Below are positions 28,828-38,437 of a DNA stretch of 64,000 nucleotides, in pieces; position 1 is the first letter of the stretch, and every line of letters begins with the position of its first letter. The position numbers were made by a program, and so were the translations under genes. The DNA is from an uncultured Burkholderiales bacterium (GTDB lineage: Bacteria > Pseudomonadota > Gammaproteobacteria > Burkholderiales > Burkholderiaceae_D), in assembly GCA_903836575.1 (NCBI GenBank), contig CAILRJ010000104.1:12050-76049 (forward strand), in the 5' to 3' direction. Under the pieces are notes generated by a model. That model saw nothing but the letters and a program-made list of their open reading frames with translations. It did no database searches and was not told the DNA's origin.

Positions 28828-30051
28828 TTATGCCTGAATGGGTGCCGATACCGGTGCCTCCCGGATCGGCAAGTTGATCAGCGCTGCAGCGAGTGCCAGC
28901 ACCATATCGGCGTACCACATCCAGTTGTAATTGCCAAAGTTTCCCATCGCCAGACCGCCGAGCCAGGCGCCAAAAAAACCGCCGATCTGGTGCGACAGCA
29001 GCGTCAGTCCGAACAGCGTCGCCAGATACCTCACGCCGAACAATTTACCTACCAGGCCAGCCGTTGGAGGTACCGTCGCCAGCCATGTTAAACCGAGAGC
29101 AGCGGCAAAAATATAGAAGGTCCAGGCACTTTTGGGTGCCAGTAAATATGCCGCAATAATCACTGCCCGGCTGGCGTACATGGCCACGAGCAGGTATTTC
29201 ATGCGAAAGCGCGAACCCAGCGCACCTGCCGACAGGCTGCCGACAATATTGAACAGGCCTATCAGTGCCAGTGCCGTCGCTGAAACGCCAGCCGACAGAT
29301 TGCACAGGGCGACTTCACCCGGCAGATGTGTGACCAGAAATGCGATATGGAACCCGCACGTAAAGAAACCTGCATGCAGACACAAGTAACTGCGGTCGCG
29401 CATGGCCAGGCGCACTTGCCGGCCTAGTCCGATTTCATTGATCACTGCGCTCGCCGGTGCAGCGACGGCCTTTTTTTCCCGGAATGACCAGGCCAGCGGA
29501 ATGGTCAGCAGCGTGGTTGCCGCCATCGTGAACATTGCCATCATCCAGCCTGCCGTGCTGATGATCGCCTGCATCAACGGGGCAAACACAAATTGGCCCA
29601 GCGAGCCACCGGCATTGATGAAGCCGGCGGCAAAGGCGCGTCGTTGCGGCGGCAGCGATTGTGCAGTGACTCCGATCAGGATAGAGAAACTGCCCGCACC
29701 AGCACCTGCCGCGCTGAGTAATCCCATGCTCAGCATCAGACCCCACTGGCTTGACATGAATGGCGTGATGGCCAGCCCCGTAGCGAGCATCAGGGCACCG
29801 GCGACAATGACCTTGGACGAGCCATACTTGTCGGCCACGACGCCAAAAATCGGTTGTGCAGCACCCCAGACGAACTGACCAATGGCTAGCGCAAAACTAA
29901 TCGACACAATTCCCAGTCCCGTCGACGTATTGATGGGCGACATGAATAGACCAGTGGTCAGGCGTGCACCCATGGTGATCATCAAAATGGCGCTGGCTGA
30001 CAGGATCAGGATCCACGACGCACGCGGGGATAGTTCAGTCGTTGTGGACAT
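28828..30051 (-). CDS. MFS transporter
   Basis: About 12 predicted TM helices, downstream of and overlapping the marR gene. Trimmed from the TTG at 30066 to the ATG at 30051. Confidence 0.85.
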   Translation of the reverse strand: MSTTTELSPRASWILILSASAILMITMGARLTTGLFMSPINTSTGLGIVSISFALAIGQFVWGAAQPIFGVVADKYGSSKVIVAGALMLATGLAITPFMSSQWGLMLSMGLLSAAGAGAGSFSILIGVTAQSLPPQRRAFAAGFINAGGSLGQFVFAPLMQAIISTAGWMMAMFTMAATTLLTIPLAWSFREKKAVAAPASAVINEIGLGRQVRLAMRDRSYLCLHAGFFTCGFHIAFLVTHLPGEVALCNLSAGVSATALALIGLFNIVGSLSAGALGSRFRMKYLLVAMYASRAVIIAAYLLAPKSAWTFYIFAAALGLTWLATVPPTAGLVGKLFGVRYLATLFGLTLLSHQIGGFFGAWLGGLAMGNFGNYNWMWYADMVLALAAALINLPIREAPVSAPIQA

Positions 30052-30493
30052 GAGATTTTTCTTCAAGTAAGGGAGTCAATAATTGCATCGCGCTGGCGGT
30101 GTCGGCATGAAGCGTCATGACCAACTCAGGGCCAAGCGTGTGTTCAAGTTCGCGCTGTGCCGCGCGCCAGGCCTGTTTGGCTCCGGTGAGTTTGGTTTTG
30201 CCATCGTCAGTCAATGTCACGATCCGTTGTCGCGCATCGCTACCCGGTGTCAGCGTTATCCAGCCGGCATCGAGCAACGGCTTCAAATTTCGCGTTAGGG
30301 TCGTACGGTCCATCGATAGTTGCATGGCCAGTTGTGCCATCGGCATCGGGCCGATAGCAACATGTTTGAGCAACGAGTATTGCGTAGTCTTCAGGCCGAC
30401 AACGGCCATATGCAGGTCGTAGAGTCGCGTCAACGTGCGGGTCAGCCGCCGTAGCGCAAAGCAGGTGCAGCCTGGAGCGATAAGTGCAGTCAT
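30035..30493 (-). CDS. MarR-family transcriptional regulator
   Basis: Winged-HTH pattern (LKTTQYSLLKHVA..GPMPMAQLAMQLSMDRTTLTRNLKPLLDAGW...D.R.R.V.LT..G). Trimmed to the ATG at 30493. Confidence 0.85.
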   Translation of the reverse strand: MTALIAPGCTCFALRRLTRTLTRLYDLHMAVVGLKTTQYSLLKHVAIGPMPMAQLAMQLSMDRTTLTRNLKPLLDAGWITLTPGSDARQRIVTLTDDGKTKLTGAKQAWRAAQRELEHTLGPELVMTLHADTASAMQLLTPLLEEKSHVHND

Positions 30494-30624
30494 CGGGAGG
30501 TCTCTCGTGCGAAATTTTTTACGGATTTTATAATTTAATGGAATATAGTGCATATGCACATAAACAGCTAGTTTAATGTTGTATGACAACCGACTATCAA
30601 CTCTTTGTTCAAGGAAAACGTCTC

Positions 30625-31149
30625 ATGAGTAATGACAGTGTTCTTCAGTCCTGGCTTGCGGACGAACAGGCCGCGCGGATTCGCCTTGCCGATCCCGGTG
30701 TATCGAGCATGGCGCAATTACGTGAACTAAGCGGTCTGGAATTTTTGCAGGCAATCGGTGACGGCGTATTGCCATCGGTACCGATCGGAGCATTGATGGG
30801 TTTTGTGCCGATCTGCTGGGAGCCCGGCCGAATGGTTTTTCAGGGCACACCCGGTCAGCAGCATTACAATCCGCTCGGCAGCGTGCATGGCGGTTATGCG
30901 GCGACATTGCTTGACTCGTGTGTCGGATGCGCAGTGCATTCGATGCTGCCGGCAGGTAAAGGCTATACGACGCTGGAACTTAAAATCAATTACATCCGCG
31001 CCATCACCGACAAAATCGGACCGGTGCGAGCAGAAGGAAAAACGGTGCATATCGGTGGCCAGACAGCGATTGCCGAGGGGCGGATTACCGATGCACAGGG
31101 GCGGCTGTACGCGTTTGCGACGACGACATGTTTGGTGTTTGCGATCTGA
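30625..31149 (+). CDS. PaaI-family (hotdog-fold) thioesterase
   Basis: The segment NPLGSVHGGYAATLLDSCVGCAV..........TLELKINYIRA is typical of PaaI/YdiI thioesterases. An AAGGA RBS precedes the ATG at 30625. Confidence 0.85.
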   Translation: MSNDSVLQSWLADEQAARIRLADPGVSSMAQLRELSGLEFLQAIGDGVLPSVPIGALMGFVPICWEPGRMVFQGTPGQQHYNPLGSVHGGYAATLLDSCVGCAVHSMLPAGKGYTTLELKINYIRAITDKIGPVRAEGKTVHIGGQTAIAEGRITDAQGRLYAFATTTCLVFAI

Positions 31150-31272
31150 AGAAGGACTCGCACACGGCAAAAAATTCTATGAATGGGATCGCGTAGAAGA
31201 CTTTGCCGTTTCGTGCTTTGACAACAGGGCTCTGGCCTGCCGGCCAGTGCGCACTGTTATTATTTTCTTGTC

Positions 31273-31575
31273 CTAGCTTCGCGCCGACGGAATCCGCACG
31301 CCACTGACGCGGTATTTGCTGCGGCGATCTCCCATCAGTGTTCGCAGTTCCGCGATCGACAAATCAGCGACTTCGTGCATGCGTATCAACAGCGACGCGC
31401 CGACCGGCAAACGACGATGTCTAATCTTGCTGATAACCGGCGGAGCGACCTCAAGAGCGCGCGAAAGCGCCGCATCGTTTTTGATTGCAAGTTTCTGGAT
31501 CAGCGTGTTGAGCAAATTATCCGGATTGTAGGATGGATCCTGAAAATCGGCGCCGTTGGAAGCTGGAGATGTCAT
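31273..31575 (-). CDS. small HTH DNA-binding protein (Cro/CI-like)
   Basis: 100-aa ORF whose segment LAIKNDAALSRALEVAPPVISKIRHRRLPVGASLLIRMHE resembles a phage-repressor-type HTH. It has an AAGGA RBS. Confidence 0.7.
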   Translation of the reverse strand: MTSPASNGADFQDPSYNPDNLLNTLIQKLAIKNDAALSRALEVAPPVISKIRHRRLPVGASLLIRMHEVADLSIAELRTLMGDRRSKYRVSGVRIPSARS

Positions 31576-31591
31576 GAGAAGTTTATCCTTC

Positions 31592-31607
31592 AGTTGTTAA
31601 AACAACT
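31592..31607. promoter_or_regulatory. palindromic candidate operator upstream of the HTH gene
   Basis: AGTTGTT-AA-AACAACT has 7-bp perfect arms and lies 17-32 nt upstream of the ATG at 31575. Confidence 0.35.
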
Positions 31608-31749
31608 ACAGTCTGCCTAGTTCGTCAATGCTCGAATGTGCGCTAGCTCACTTAGGCGTACGGTAGTTTTGTTTTAACTGGCCAACCATTGACATTGGCC
31701 AGTAATTTTCCGCTCCCGTCACCGCCCGGGTACCGGGTGCGGAATGATG

Positions 31750-32415
31750 CTATTGGTTTCCTTGTAAAAATTTCACAACCTCAGGTTGGTCATTTTCTTG
31801 CGCCATCACCAATACGGTTTTGCCACGATTATCAAGCAGACTCACATCGGCACCATGCGCGATCAACATCTGTACCGTGGCCAGATGGCCGTAGGCACCT
31901 GCCCACATGAGTGCGGTCAACTGATTTGGATAGGTTGCATCAGGCGCAATACCCTTAGCCAACAGCATCTCGACAATGGCAGTCTGGCCATTGCCGGCGG
32001 CGTAGACCATGGCAGTTTTATTTAGTTGGTCAAGCGCGTTGACGTCGGCACCTTTGTCTAGCAGCAAGCGAGCGGCTTCCGTTCTTCCGTGAAAGGCCGC
32101 AGCCATCAAAGGCGTCACTTTCGCTGTATTGCTGAGGTTGATATTGGCACCCAACTCAATGGCGCGTTTGACGATGTCGAGTCGGTCATTCTTGATGGCG
32201 GTAATGAGGATCGAATCGCCGATCCGGTTGCGTGTATCGGGCGATGCTCCCTGGTCGATCAGTTGCTGAAAAAGTGTCAAGTTGCCGGTGCGGGCGGCAG
32301 TCAGGGTCTGAAGATTGAGCTCGGCGCGATTATCGGCAGCCTGGGTGCTGGAGCACAGTGCGACAAAAATGAGAGGCAAGCAAATGGTACGTAGTGTCGA
32401 CATGGTGGGACCCAT
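31750..32415 (-). CDS. periplasmic ankyrin-repeat protein
   Basis: Signal peptide (MSTLRTICLPLIFVALCSSTQA) followed by about five ANK repeats (G.SPD..N..G.S.L..A......DIV...I..GA..N pattern). The start is at 32415 or 32403. Confidence 0.8.
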   Translation of the reverse strand: MGPTMSTLRTICLPLIFVALCSSTQAADNRAELNLQTLTAARTGNLTLFQQLIDQGASPDTRNRIGDSILITAIKNDRLDIVKRAIELGANINLSNTAKVTPLMAAAFHGRTEAARLLLDKGADVNALDQLNKTAMVYAAGNGQTAIVEMLLAKGIAPDATYPNQLTALMWAGAYGHLATVQMLIAHGADVSLLDNRGKTVLVMAQENDQPEVVKFLQGNQ

Positions 32416-32705
32416 TGTGATTTCTGTGGATAGTTGTGGTTCGGTGGTGCCGATATCGGTTTTTTCGCTGAAAGCGGTGCTGCAGCGTATCTGCTCATGC
32501 CATCGAGCACGTTGCAGCTGCCACAAAGTATATTTTTATACGACGTTATTGCATAATTATTCCAACAGGATATTATTCGATAACTTTACTAATTAGTGAG
32601 GAACTTTTTAAAAAAAAGGCTGTCCGGTGGCTCTCCGGGCGGTGTAAGAAAAAAAATAAATAGTATCAATCGGTTGCCGCAGGCAACCATACACGGAGAG
32701 AGACA

Positions 32706-34430
32706 ATGGCAATTCAAGGCTACAAACTGTTGGGCCATCTGGCACTGGCAGCGGTTACGCTCGCGGTCAATACTGCCGGAAATGCTCAAGAAATTCAGGG
32801 CGGTGCGGGTATCAAAGCACCTGCCATGTCAAAAGCACTTGGCACGGTTACTCAAGCGATGCTGGATAGTTCAGCCAAGGACACTAGTAACTGGCTGCAA
32901 ACCAACGGTGACTATGGTCAGACCCGTTTTTATCCTTCTGCCCAGATCAATACTAAAAACGTCGCCACACTGAAGCCGAAATTTGTCTTTCAGACGGCGG
33001 TTGTGGAATCAATGGAAACCGCACCCGTTGTCGTCAACGGCGTGATGTTCCTGACCACAGCTTATAACCACGTCTACGCAATCGATGCCGTTACCGGCAT
33101 CGAATACTGGCACTTCAAGCACAAAATGGGGCCGGTAACGACGTTCTGCTGCGGTCCTAATAACAAGGGTGTGGCTGTTTCCGGTGGTAAGGTTTTCATG
33201 GGGACGCTGGATGCCAAGATGGTGGCACTCGATGCCAAGACCGGCAAGCTCTTGTGGGAAACCGAAATCGCCGATCCTGAAAAAGGTTACAGCGAGACAA
33301 TGGCGCCGGTCGCCGTCGATGGCAAAGTCCTGATCGGTACCAACGGTGGAGAATATGGTATCCGTGGCTTTGTCAAAGCATTCGATGCGGAGACCGGCAA
33401 ACTAGTCTGGACGTTCAATACGATTCCGGAAAAAGGCCATGAAGGCGTATGGGCTACAACGGACGCTACCGGACGCGACATGCATCGTGATATTCCTGCA
33501 GAAAAAGCAGCCTTTGCCAAGAAGTCAGATTTCTATACGACTCTTGGTGGTGGCGTCTGGATGGCTCCGTCAATCGATCGCGCCACCAAGACGGCGTTCT
33601 TCGTTGTCGGCAACCCTTCGCCAGATTTGTACGGTGCCGAGCGTCCAGGTGATAACCTGTACACCGACTCGATGGTTGCCATCGATCTCGATACCGGCAA
33701 ATACAAATGGCATTATCAGTACATCGCTCATGATGTCTGGGACCTCGATGCAGTGAGCCCACCGATCCTGGTCGATGTGAAGGACAAGAACGGCAAAATG
33801 ATTCCGGGTGTCATTCACGGTGGGAAAACCGGCCATGTGTACGTGCATGACCGTAGCACCGGCGAACTGATCCGTTACTCGGAAGCCATGGTTCCTCAGG
33901 AAAACATGTGGGTCTTGCCAACTGCTACCGGCGCACGCATGTTGCCGGGTGCGAATGGCGGGGTTGAATGGTCGCCGATGGCTTACAGCGCAGCTAATCG
34001 CATGTCGTATGCATTGAACCTGCATCAGCCAATGACCTACCACGTTGAAGAATCAAAGTATCCAAACGGCAAATTGTGGCTGGGCGGGGCATTCAAAAAT
34101 GCGGTTGGTGAAGAGCAATGGGGCAATGTGACCGCCGTCAATATCGACACGGGCAAGATCGCATGGCAAACCAAGACACCGCAGCCAATGATCGGTGGCG
34201 CGCTGGCGACAGCCGGTAACCTGGTGTTTGCAGGCGAAGGTAATGGCTGGTTCAACGCTTATGACGCCAAGACTGGCAAAGTGTTGTGGCGCTTTCAATG
34301 TGGTGCTGGTGTCAACGCACCACCGGTGTCCTACGCGATCAATGGCAAGCAATATATCGCTGTTGCCGTTGGTGGAAACTCGCAAATGGATTTCAAGCGT
34401 GGCAATAGCGTATTTGTGTTCGGTCTGTAA
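32706..34430 (+). CDS. PQQ-dependent alcohol dehydrogenase, methanol/ethanol family (type I quinoprotein)
   Basis: Signal peptide, eight-bladed propeller W-motifs, and vicinal Cys148-Cys149 ([11 protein letters not shown]). The active-site segment is [22 protein letters not shown] is present. Confidence 0.9.
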   Translation: MAIQGYKLLGHLALAAVTLAVNTAGNAQEIQGGAGIKAPAMSKALGTVTQAMLDSSAKDTSNWLQTNGDYGQTRFYPSAQINTKNVATLKPKFVFQTAVVESMETAPVVVNGVMFLTTAYNHVYAIDAVTGIEYWHFKHKMGPVTTFCCGPNNKGVAVSGGKVFMGTLDAKMVALDAKTGKLLWETEIADPEKGYSETMAPVAVDGKVLIGTNGGEYGIRGFVKAFDAETGKLVWTFNTIPEKGHEGVWATTDATGRDMHRDIPAEKAAFAKKSDFYTTLGGGVWMAPSIDRATKTAFFVVGNPSPDLYGAERPGDNLYTDSMVAIDLDTGKYKWHYQYIAHDVWDLDAVSPPILVDVKDKNGKMIPGVIHGGKTGHVYVHDRSTGELIRYSEAMVPQENMWVLPTATGARMLPGANGGVEWSPMAYSAANRMSYALNLHQPMTYHVEESKYPNGKLWLGGAFKNAVGEEQWGNVTAVNIDTGKIAWQTKTPQPMIGGALATAGNLVFAGEGNGWFNAYDAKTGKVLWRFQCGAGVNAPPVSYAINGKQYIAVAVGGNSQMDFKRGNSVFVFGL

Positions 34431-34460
34431 TCAGATTGAACAGGCAAGGATATAAATGAA

Positions 34461-34487
34461 AGAGGCCGCATCCAGCGGCCTCTTTTT
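34461..34487 (+). terminator. hairpin between the dehydrogenase and cytochrome genes (terminator/attenuator)
   Basis: AGAGGCCGC-ATCCA-GCGGCCTCT followed by TTTT. Confidence 0.65.
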
Positions 34488-34508
34488 CTATTTCAGACAG
34501 GAATCACC

Positions 34509-35084
34509 ATGACATTGAAGCAGTTATTGTTAGTACTTTTAACCGCAGTGGTATTGCCGGCGCAGGCAGTTGATATTGCGGCGGGTCAGGAAAAAGCACA
34601 GGCATGCGTGGCTTGTCACGGCGCTAACGGCAATTCGACGGTGTCGATGTTTCCGGTGCTGGCAGGACAATCCGCACGCTATCTGTATCTGCAATTGAGG
34701 GATTACAAGGAGGGAGCACGAAGCAATCCGATGATGTCGCCGATGGCAGCGAATTTGTCGAAGGAAGACATGCAAAATCTGGCCGCGTATTTTGCAGCCC
34801 AGAAGCCGGTGTTGATTGATTTTAAGGCAGACCCGGAGCGGGTCAAGTTAGGCTTCATCAAAGCGGAAGAAAATCTTTGTTCGATGTGCCATCTGGGTGG
34901 CATGAAAGGGCAGAATGAGATTCCAAAATTGAGTGGTCAGCACTACGATTATCTGGTCAAGCAATTAACAGATTTCAAGGCGCATAACCGGACCAATGAC
35001 GCCGGCAATATGTCCGCAGTGTCGAAATCACTCAACGCGGAAGACATCATTAATTTAGGTCATTACCTGGCCGATTTGCATTGA
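34509..35084 (+). CDS. di-haem cytochrome c (c4-like), probable electron acceptor of the PQQ dehydrogenase
   Basis: Signal peptide and two CXXCH motifs (CVACH, CSMCH), each in a cytochrome c domain of about 90 aa. Confidence 0.85.
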   Translation: MTLKQLLLVLLTAVVLPAQAVDIAAGQEKAQACVACHGANGNSTVSMFPVLAGQSARYLYLQLRDYKEGARSNPMMSPMAANLSKEDMQNLAAYFAAQKPVLIDFKADPERVKLGFIKAEENLCSMCHLGGMKGQNEIPKLSGQHYDYLVKQLTDFKAHNRTNDAGNMSAVSKSLNAEDIINLGHYLADLH

Positions 35085-35087
35085 TCA

Positions 35088-35119
35088 AAAAAACGATGCG
35101 TCCAGCGCATCTTTTTTTA
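35088..35119. terminator. bidirectional terminator between the cytochrome c gene and flgN
   Basis: AAAAAAACGATGCG-loop-CGCATCTTTTTTT. The T-run overlaps the flgN stop codon. Confidence 0.6.
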
Positions 35120-35584
35120 TCCAATCGCGAGACCGCGACCTCTGCCTGTGCCAGTCGAGTGCCCATCGGCACCGTACAGGTTATTGCGCTGTGTCTTGCC
35201 CTGCAAAATATTGAGTTCAGTTTGATTGCGCATCATGTGACGACCAATCAACATGCCATTGATACGATTGAGTTCCCGGGCTTCGGTACCTAATGCCAGT
35301 AGTGCTAGCCATTCAGTATCTGCCGGTTTGTGTGCGGCTATCCAATCGCGCATTCCGCTCTCGCTGGCGGTAAAGCCTGCCGCATCAAGTAAGGTATGGC
35401 GCGACTTGACCAGCATGGTCAGTTGTGCAATCGCCAGTGCCTTGGCTTCAATCAATTCAGGTAGTCCGATGATGCTGGCTTCGATCAGTTTTTCCTGTTC
35501 CTGTTGCAGTAAATTCAACAAGTTGCGTGTAACTTGCTGTTCTTCTGCCAGGCTGGAAGATGGACTGGAAGCGAGCGTAACCAT
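35117..35584 (-). CDS. flgN: flagellar export chaperone FlgN
   Basis: 155 aa and helical, with a LLNLLQQEQEKL-type FlgN N-terminus. It sits directly downstream of flgM. Confidence 0.85.
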   Translation of the reverse strand: MVTLASSPSSSLAEEQQVTRNLLNLLQQEQEKLIEASIIGLPELIEAKALAIAQLTMLVKSRHTLLDAAGFTASESGMRDWIAAHKPADTEWLALLALGTEARELNRINGMLIGRHMMRNQTELNILQGKTQRNNLYGADGHSTGTGRGRGLAIG

Positions 35585-35586
35585 GA

Positions 35587-35886
35587 TTATCCCTTGCGTG
35601 ACGACAGCAGATCCTTGACGGTATCGATCAAGCCATTGGCAACTTTTTCAGGATTGACCTGGAATGTTCCGCTGGCGATTGCTGCCTTGATTTCATTGAC
35701 CTTCTTGACATCGAACGTACTGCTGCCGCCCAGTGCCTGCGCTTGTGCTGAAATTTTTACGCTGTCTGACGTCGAAGCGGTACTGACTGCTTCGGCTTTT
35801 TCAGCGCCTTTGCTCGAACTGGCCTTGGCAGGTGTCGATGAGACGCCGACAGGACCAGTTTTATTAAAAGAGTCATCAATTTTCAC
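35587..35886 (-). CDS. flgM: anti-sigma-28 factor FlgM
   Basis: 99 aa with a disordered S/A-rich N-terminus and a conserved C-terminus (KVNEIKAAIASGTFQVNPEKVANGLI). Confidence 0.9.
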   Translation of the reverse strand: MKIDDSFNKTGPVGVSSTPAKASSSKGAEKAEAVSTASTSDSVKISAQAQALGGSSTFDVKKVNEIKAAIASGTFQVNPEKVANGLIDTVKDLLSSRKG

Positions 35887-35933
35887 GATGTTTCCTTGGT
35901 GGGTCGGGGCACATCACCCCGTGTCATGGTCTT

Positions 35934-35960
35934 GTTACGGCATAAGCAAAAAATACTTGA
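35934..35960 (-). promoter_or_regulatory. sigma-28 (FliA) class 3 promoter of flgMN
   Basis: The minus strand reads TCAAGTAT-N11-GCCGTAAC, against the consensus TAAAGTTT-N11-GCCGATAA. It lies 47 nt upstream of the flgM ATG. Confidence 0.6.
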
Positions 35961-35993
35961 GGGTTTTATTTGCTGGTGGCCACAAAAAAATGA

Positions 35994-36686
35994 TCAATAA
36001 GTCACATCCACGTATCCGCCCGCCCTTGCTACTCCGCTGACAACTTGCCCGGCTGCCGTGCGGGCCTGCGCGATCTGACCTTCCGCGGCATTGTTAAGCG
36101 CACGTCCTTCCGTTGAGACCGAAAAACCCGGCCCGCTTGACACCAGGCGGACAGCCTGTCCCTGCTGCACGACTTGCTCGATGCGCAGCGAATCGACCCG
36201 CATCGGACTGCCCATGCCGACCGACATCGCTGCTGTGCGGCCGACAGCTTGCGCCGTATCGGTGAGGATACCTGATGGCAGTGTGGTCAGATCACCTCTC
36301 ATGCGCATCACGTCGTTGGGGCCGATAACTTGTCCTTGTGCGAGCGGTGCGGCACTGGCGACATAGTCGGCAATGACTTTCACTTGAGCGGTCACGTAAA
36401 CAGTCCACGGTGACGGTGCCAGGCAACGCACGCCGACGCTGGTCTTGCCCCAGACCCGACTGCCGGCAGGCAGAAATGCCTGGGGGGACGGACAGGCCGG
36501 CAGATTCATCCGGGCATCGAGTTGACCGACGCTGATGGTAACCTCTCCGGGTGAGCCGGCAGACTGAATACGCAAGAACTGCTCGATGGTGTTGCGAATG
36601 GCGCCCGGATCCTGGCGTGGTGGATTGATCTGAGCACTAGCAGGCAGCGACAACAGGCAGGCGAGAATGGTAATCAGAGATTTCAT
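35994..36686 (-). CDS. flgA: flagellar basal-body P-ring formation chaperone FlgA
   Basis: Signal peptide and SAF/FlgA-type domains. It is divergent from flgB. Confidence 0.85.
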   Translation of the reverse strand: MKSLITILACLLSLPASAQINPPRQDPGAIRNTIEQFLRIQSAGSPGEVTISVGQLDARMNLPACPSPQAFLPAGSRVWGKTSVGVRCLAPSPWTVYVTAQVKVIADYVASAAPLAQGQVIGPNDVMRMRGDLTTLPSGILTDTAQAVGRTAAMSVGMGSPMRVDSLRIEQVVQQGQAVRLVSSGPGFSVSTEGRALNNAAEGQIAQARTAAGQVVSGVARAGGYVDVTY

Positions 36687-36857
36687 GGCGGTCAGTCATT
36701 GAATAGCAGTATTGATAGTAACGGCCAGCAATACGTACCAAGCACTAAACAGAGCATATTTCCCTGATCTGATCGCCTGATCATTGCTGTTCCCACCTCC
36801 GTATTATCAAATCCGTGAAAGACCAATGTCGAATCGGCCTGCATAACGGAGAGTGTC

Positions 36858-37304
36858 ATGATCGGAAAACTGGACGACTACCTGCGCTTCAACGAAACCG
36901 CGCTGAGCTTGCGCGGTCAACGCCAGCAATTGATTGCATCGAATATCGCCAACGCAGATACGCCTAACTACAAGGCACGTGACATTGACTTCAATAGTGC
37001 AATGAAATCGGCACTGGCTCGCAGCGGTGGAGCAGCCGTAACCGAAGCAGCCACAGTACAGCCTGCCGAACTGGCGCGAACCTCAACAACGCACTTATCC
37101 GCCAAAGCAGTCAGTGGTGGCAGTAGCGGCGTGAACGGCGTACCTTTGCTATACAGAAATATTCAGCAAGGTGCCGTCGATGGCAATACAGTTGACATGG
37201 ACGTCGAGCGCAACCAGTTTGCCGATAACGCGATTCGTTACGAGGCTGGCATTACGATGATCAGTGGCCAGATCAAGAGCATGCTCAGCGCGATACAAGG
37301 ATAA
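36858..37304 (+). CDS. flgB: flagellar basal-body rod protein FlgB
   Basis: [16 protein letters not shown] motif and its position in the operon. Confidence 0.95.
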   Translation: MIGKLDDYLRFNETALSLRGQRQQLIASNIANADTPNYKARDIDFNSAMKSALARSGGAAVTEAATVQPAELARTSTTHLSAKAVSGGSSGVNGVPLLYRNIQQGAVDGNTVDMDVERNQFADNAIRYEAGITMISGQIKSMLSAIQG

Positions 37305-37309
37305 CGGCC

Positions 37310-37717
37310 ATGTCATTGTTCAACATTTTCAACGTGGCCGGATCAGCCATGAGTGCGCAGTCGCAGCGACTCAACGTGGTCGCATCGAATATTGCCAATG
37401 CCGACAGCACCACCAGTACCAACGGAGAAGTCTACAAGGCCAAGCAGGTCGTTTTCATGGCTGTACCGGTCGGTGGCGACGCGGCAGCCAGTGGCGTCAA
37501 GGTTGATAAAGTACTTGAAGATACGGCGCCGCCGCGTCTGGTGTATGACCCGAAGCATCCGCAGGCGGACGAAAAGGGATATGTCTCCATGCCCAATGTG
37601 AACGTGGTCGAGGAAATGGTTAACATGATTTCAGCGTCACGCTCTTATCAGACAAATGTCGAAACAATGAATGCAGCCAAGACGCTGCTGTTGAAAACCC
37701 TGACCATTGGTCAGTAA
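37310..37717 (+). CDS. flgC: flagellar basal-body rod protein FlgC
   Basis: [12 protein letters not shown] motif and the C-terminus [13 protein letters not shown]. Confidence 0.95.
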   Translation: MSLFNIFNVAGSAMSAQSQRLNVVASNIANADSTTSTNGEVYKAKQVVFMAVPVGGDAAASGVKVDKVLEDTAPPRLVYDPKHPQADEKGYVSMPNVNVVEEMVNMISASRSYQTNVETMNAAKTLLLKTLTIGQ

Positions 37718-37735
37718 TCTTCCAGGAATATTCCG

Positions 37736-38404
37736 ATGACTGCCATCACTAACAACGTCGCTTCAACTGCCTTGCTGGCCACCATGAATCCGGCCACTAC
37801 CGCTGCCGCCAACGCCAATGCGACGCAAGACCGCTTCATGAAACTGCTGGTCACGCAGATGAAGAACCAGGACCCGCTTAATCCACTCGACAATGCGCAG
37901 GTCACCAGCCAGTTGGCCCAATTGTCGACGGTCAGCGGCATCGACAAGATGAACACCACGCTCGAGTCAATGATCGCCAGCCAGCAATCCGGTCAGGCCG
38001 TACAGGCGGCCGGCATGATCGGCCATGGCGTGTTGGCCCCTGGCAAGCAGCTCGCACTGGCGTCCAATACCTCCATCTTCGGTGTTGATCTGGCGGCCTC
38101 GGCAGAAAAAGTCAAAGTCACTATCAGGGATGTCAACGGCGTTGCGGTGCATACGATGGACCTCGGTGCCAAGGATGCAGGCACGCTGGCGCTGACCTGG
38201 GACGGCGTGAAAGACGATGGCAGCAAGGCAGCCGACGGCGCTTATACCTTTGATGTTGCAGCAACGGCAGGTGCTACCGCGGTCAATGCTACGGCGCTGG
38301 CGTTCGGGCAGGTGTCGAGCGTGTCGACCAGCGCCACTGGCGTCAAGCTCAATGTCACCAACCTCGGTGCGATTGGCATGACTGACGTGCGCCAAATCCT
38401 TTAA
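37736..38404 (+). CDS. flgD: flagellar hook assembly/capping protein FlgD
   Basis: FMKLLVTQMKNQDPLNPLDN motif plus a FlgD Ig-like C-terminal domain. Confidence 0.95.
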   Translation: MTAITNNVASTALLATMNPATTAAANANATQDRFMKLLVTQMKNQDPLNPLDNAQVTSQLAQLSTVSGIDKMNTTLESMIASQQSGQAVQAAGMIGHGVLAPGKQLALASNTSIFGVDLAASAEKVKVTIRDVNGVAVHTMDLGAKDAGTLALTWDGVKDDGSKAADGAYTFDVAATAGATAVNATALAFGQVSSVSTSATGVKLNVTNLGAIGMTDVRQIL

Positions 38405-38437
38405 TCAGTCGTTCAATCCTTTTTCAGGGAGTACATC

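Noticed and set aside
36687-36857. Possible FlhDC boxes (AATAGC..., GTAACGG) in the divergent flgA-flgB promoter region.
   Set aside because: The matches to the enterobacterial FlhD4C2 half-site are partial. The master regulator of this lineage and its motif are not known to me, so I do not call a site.
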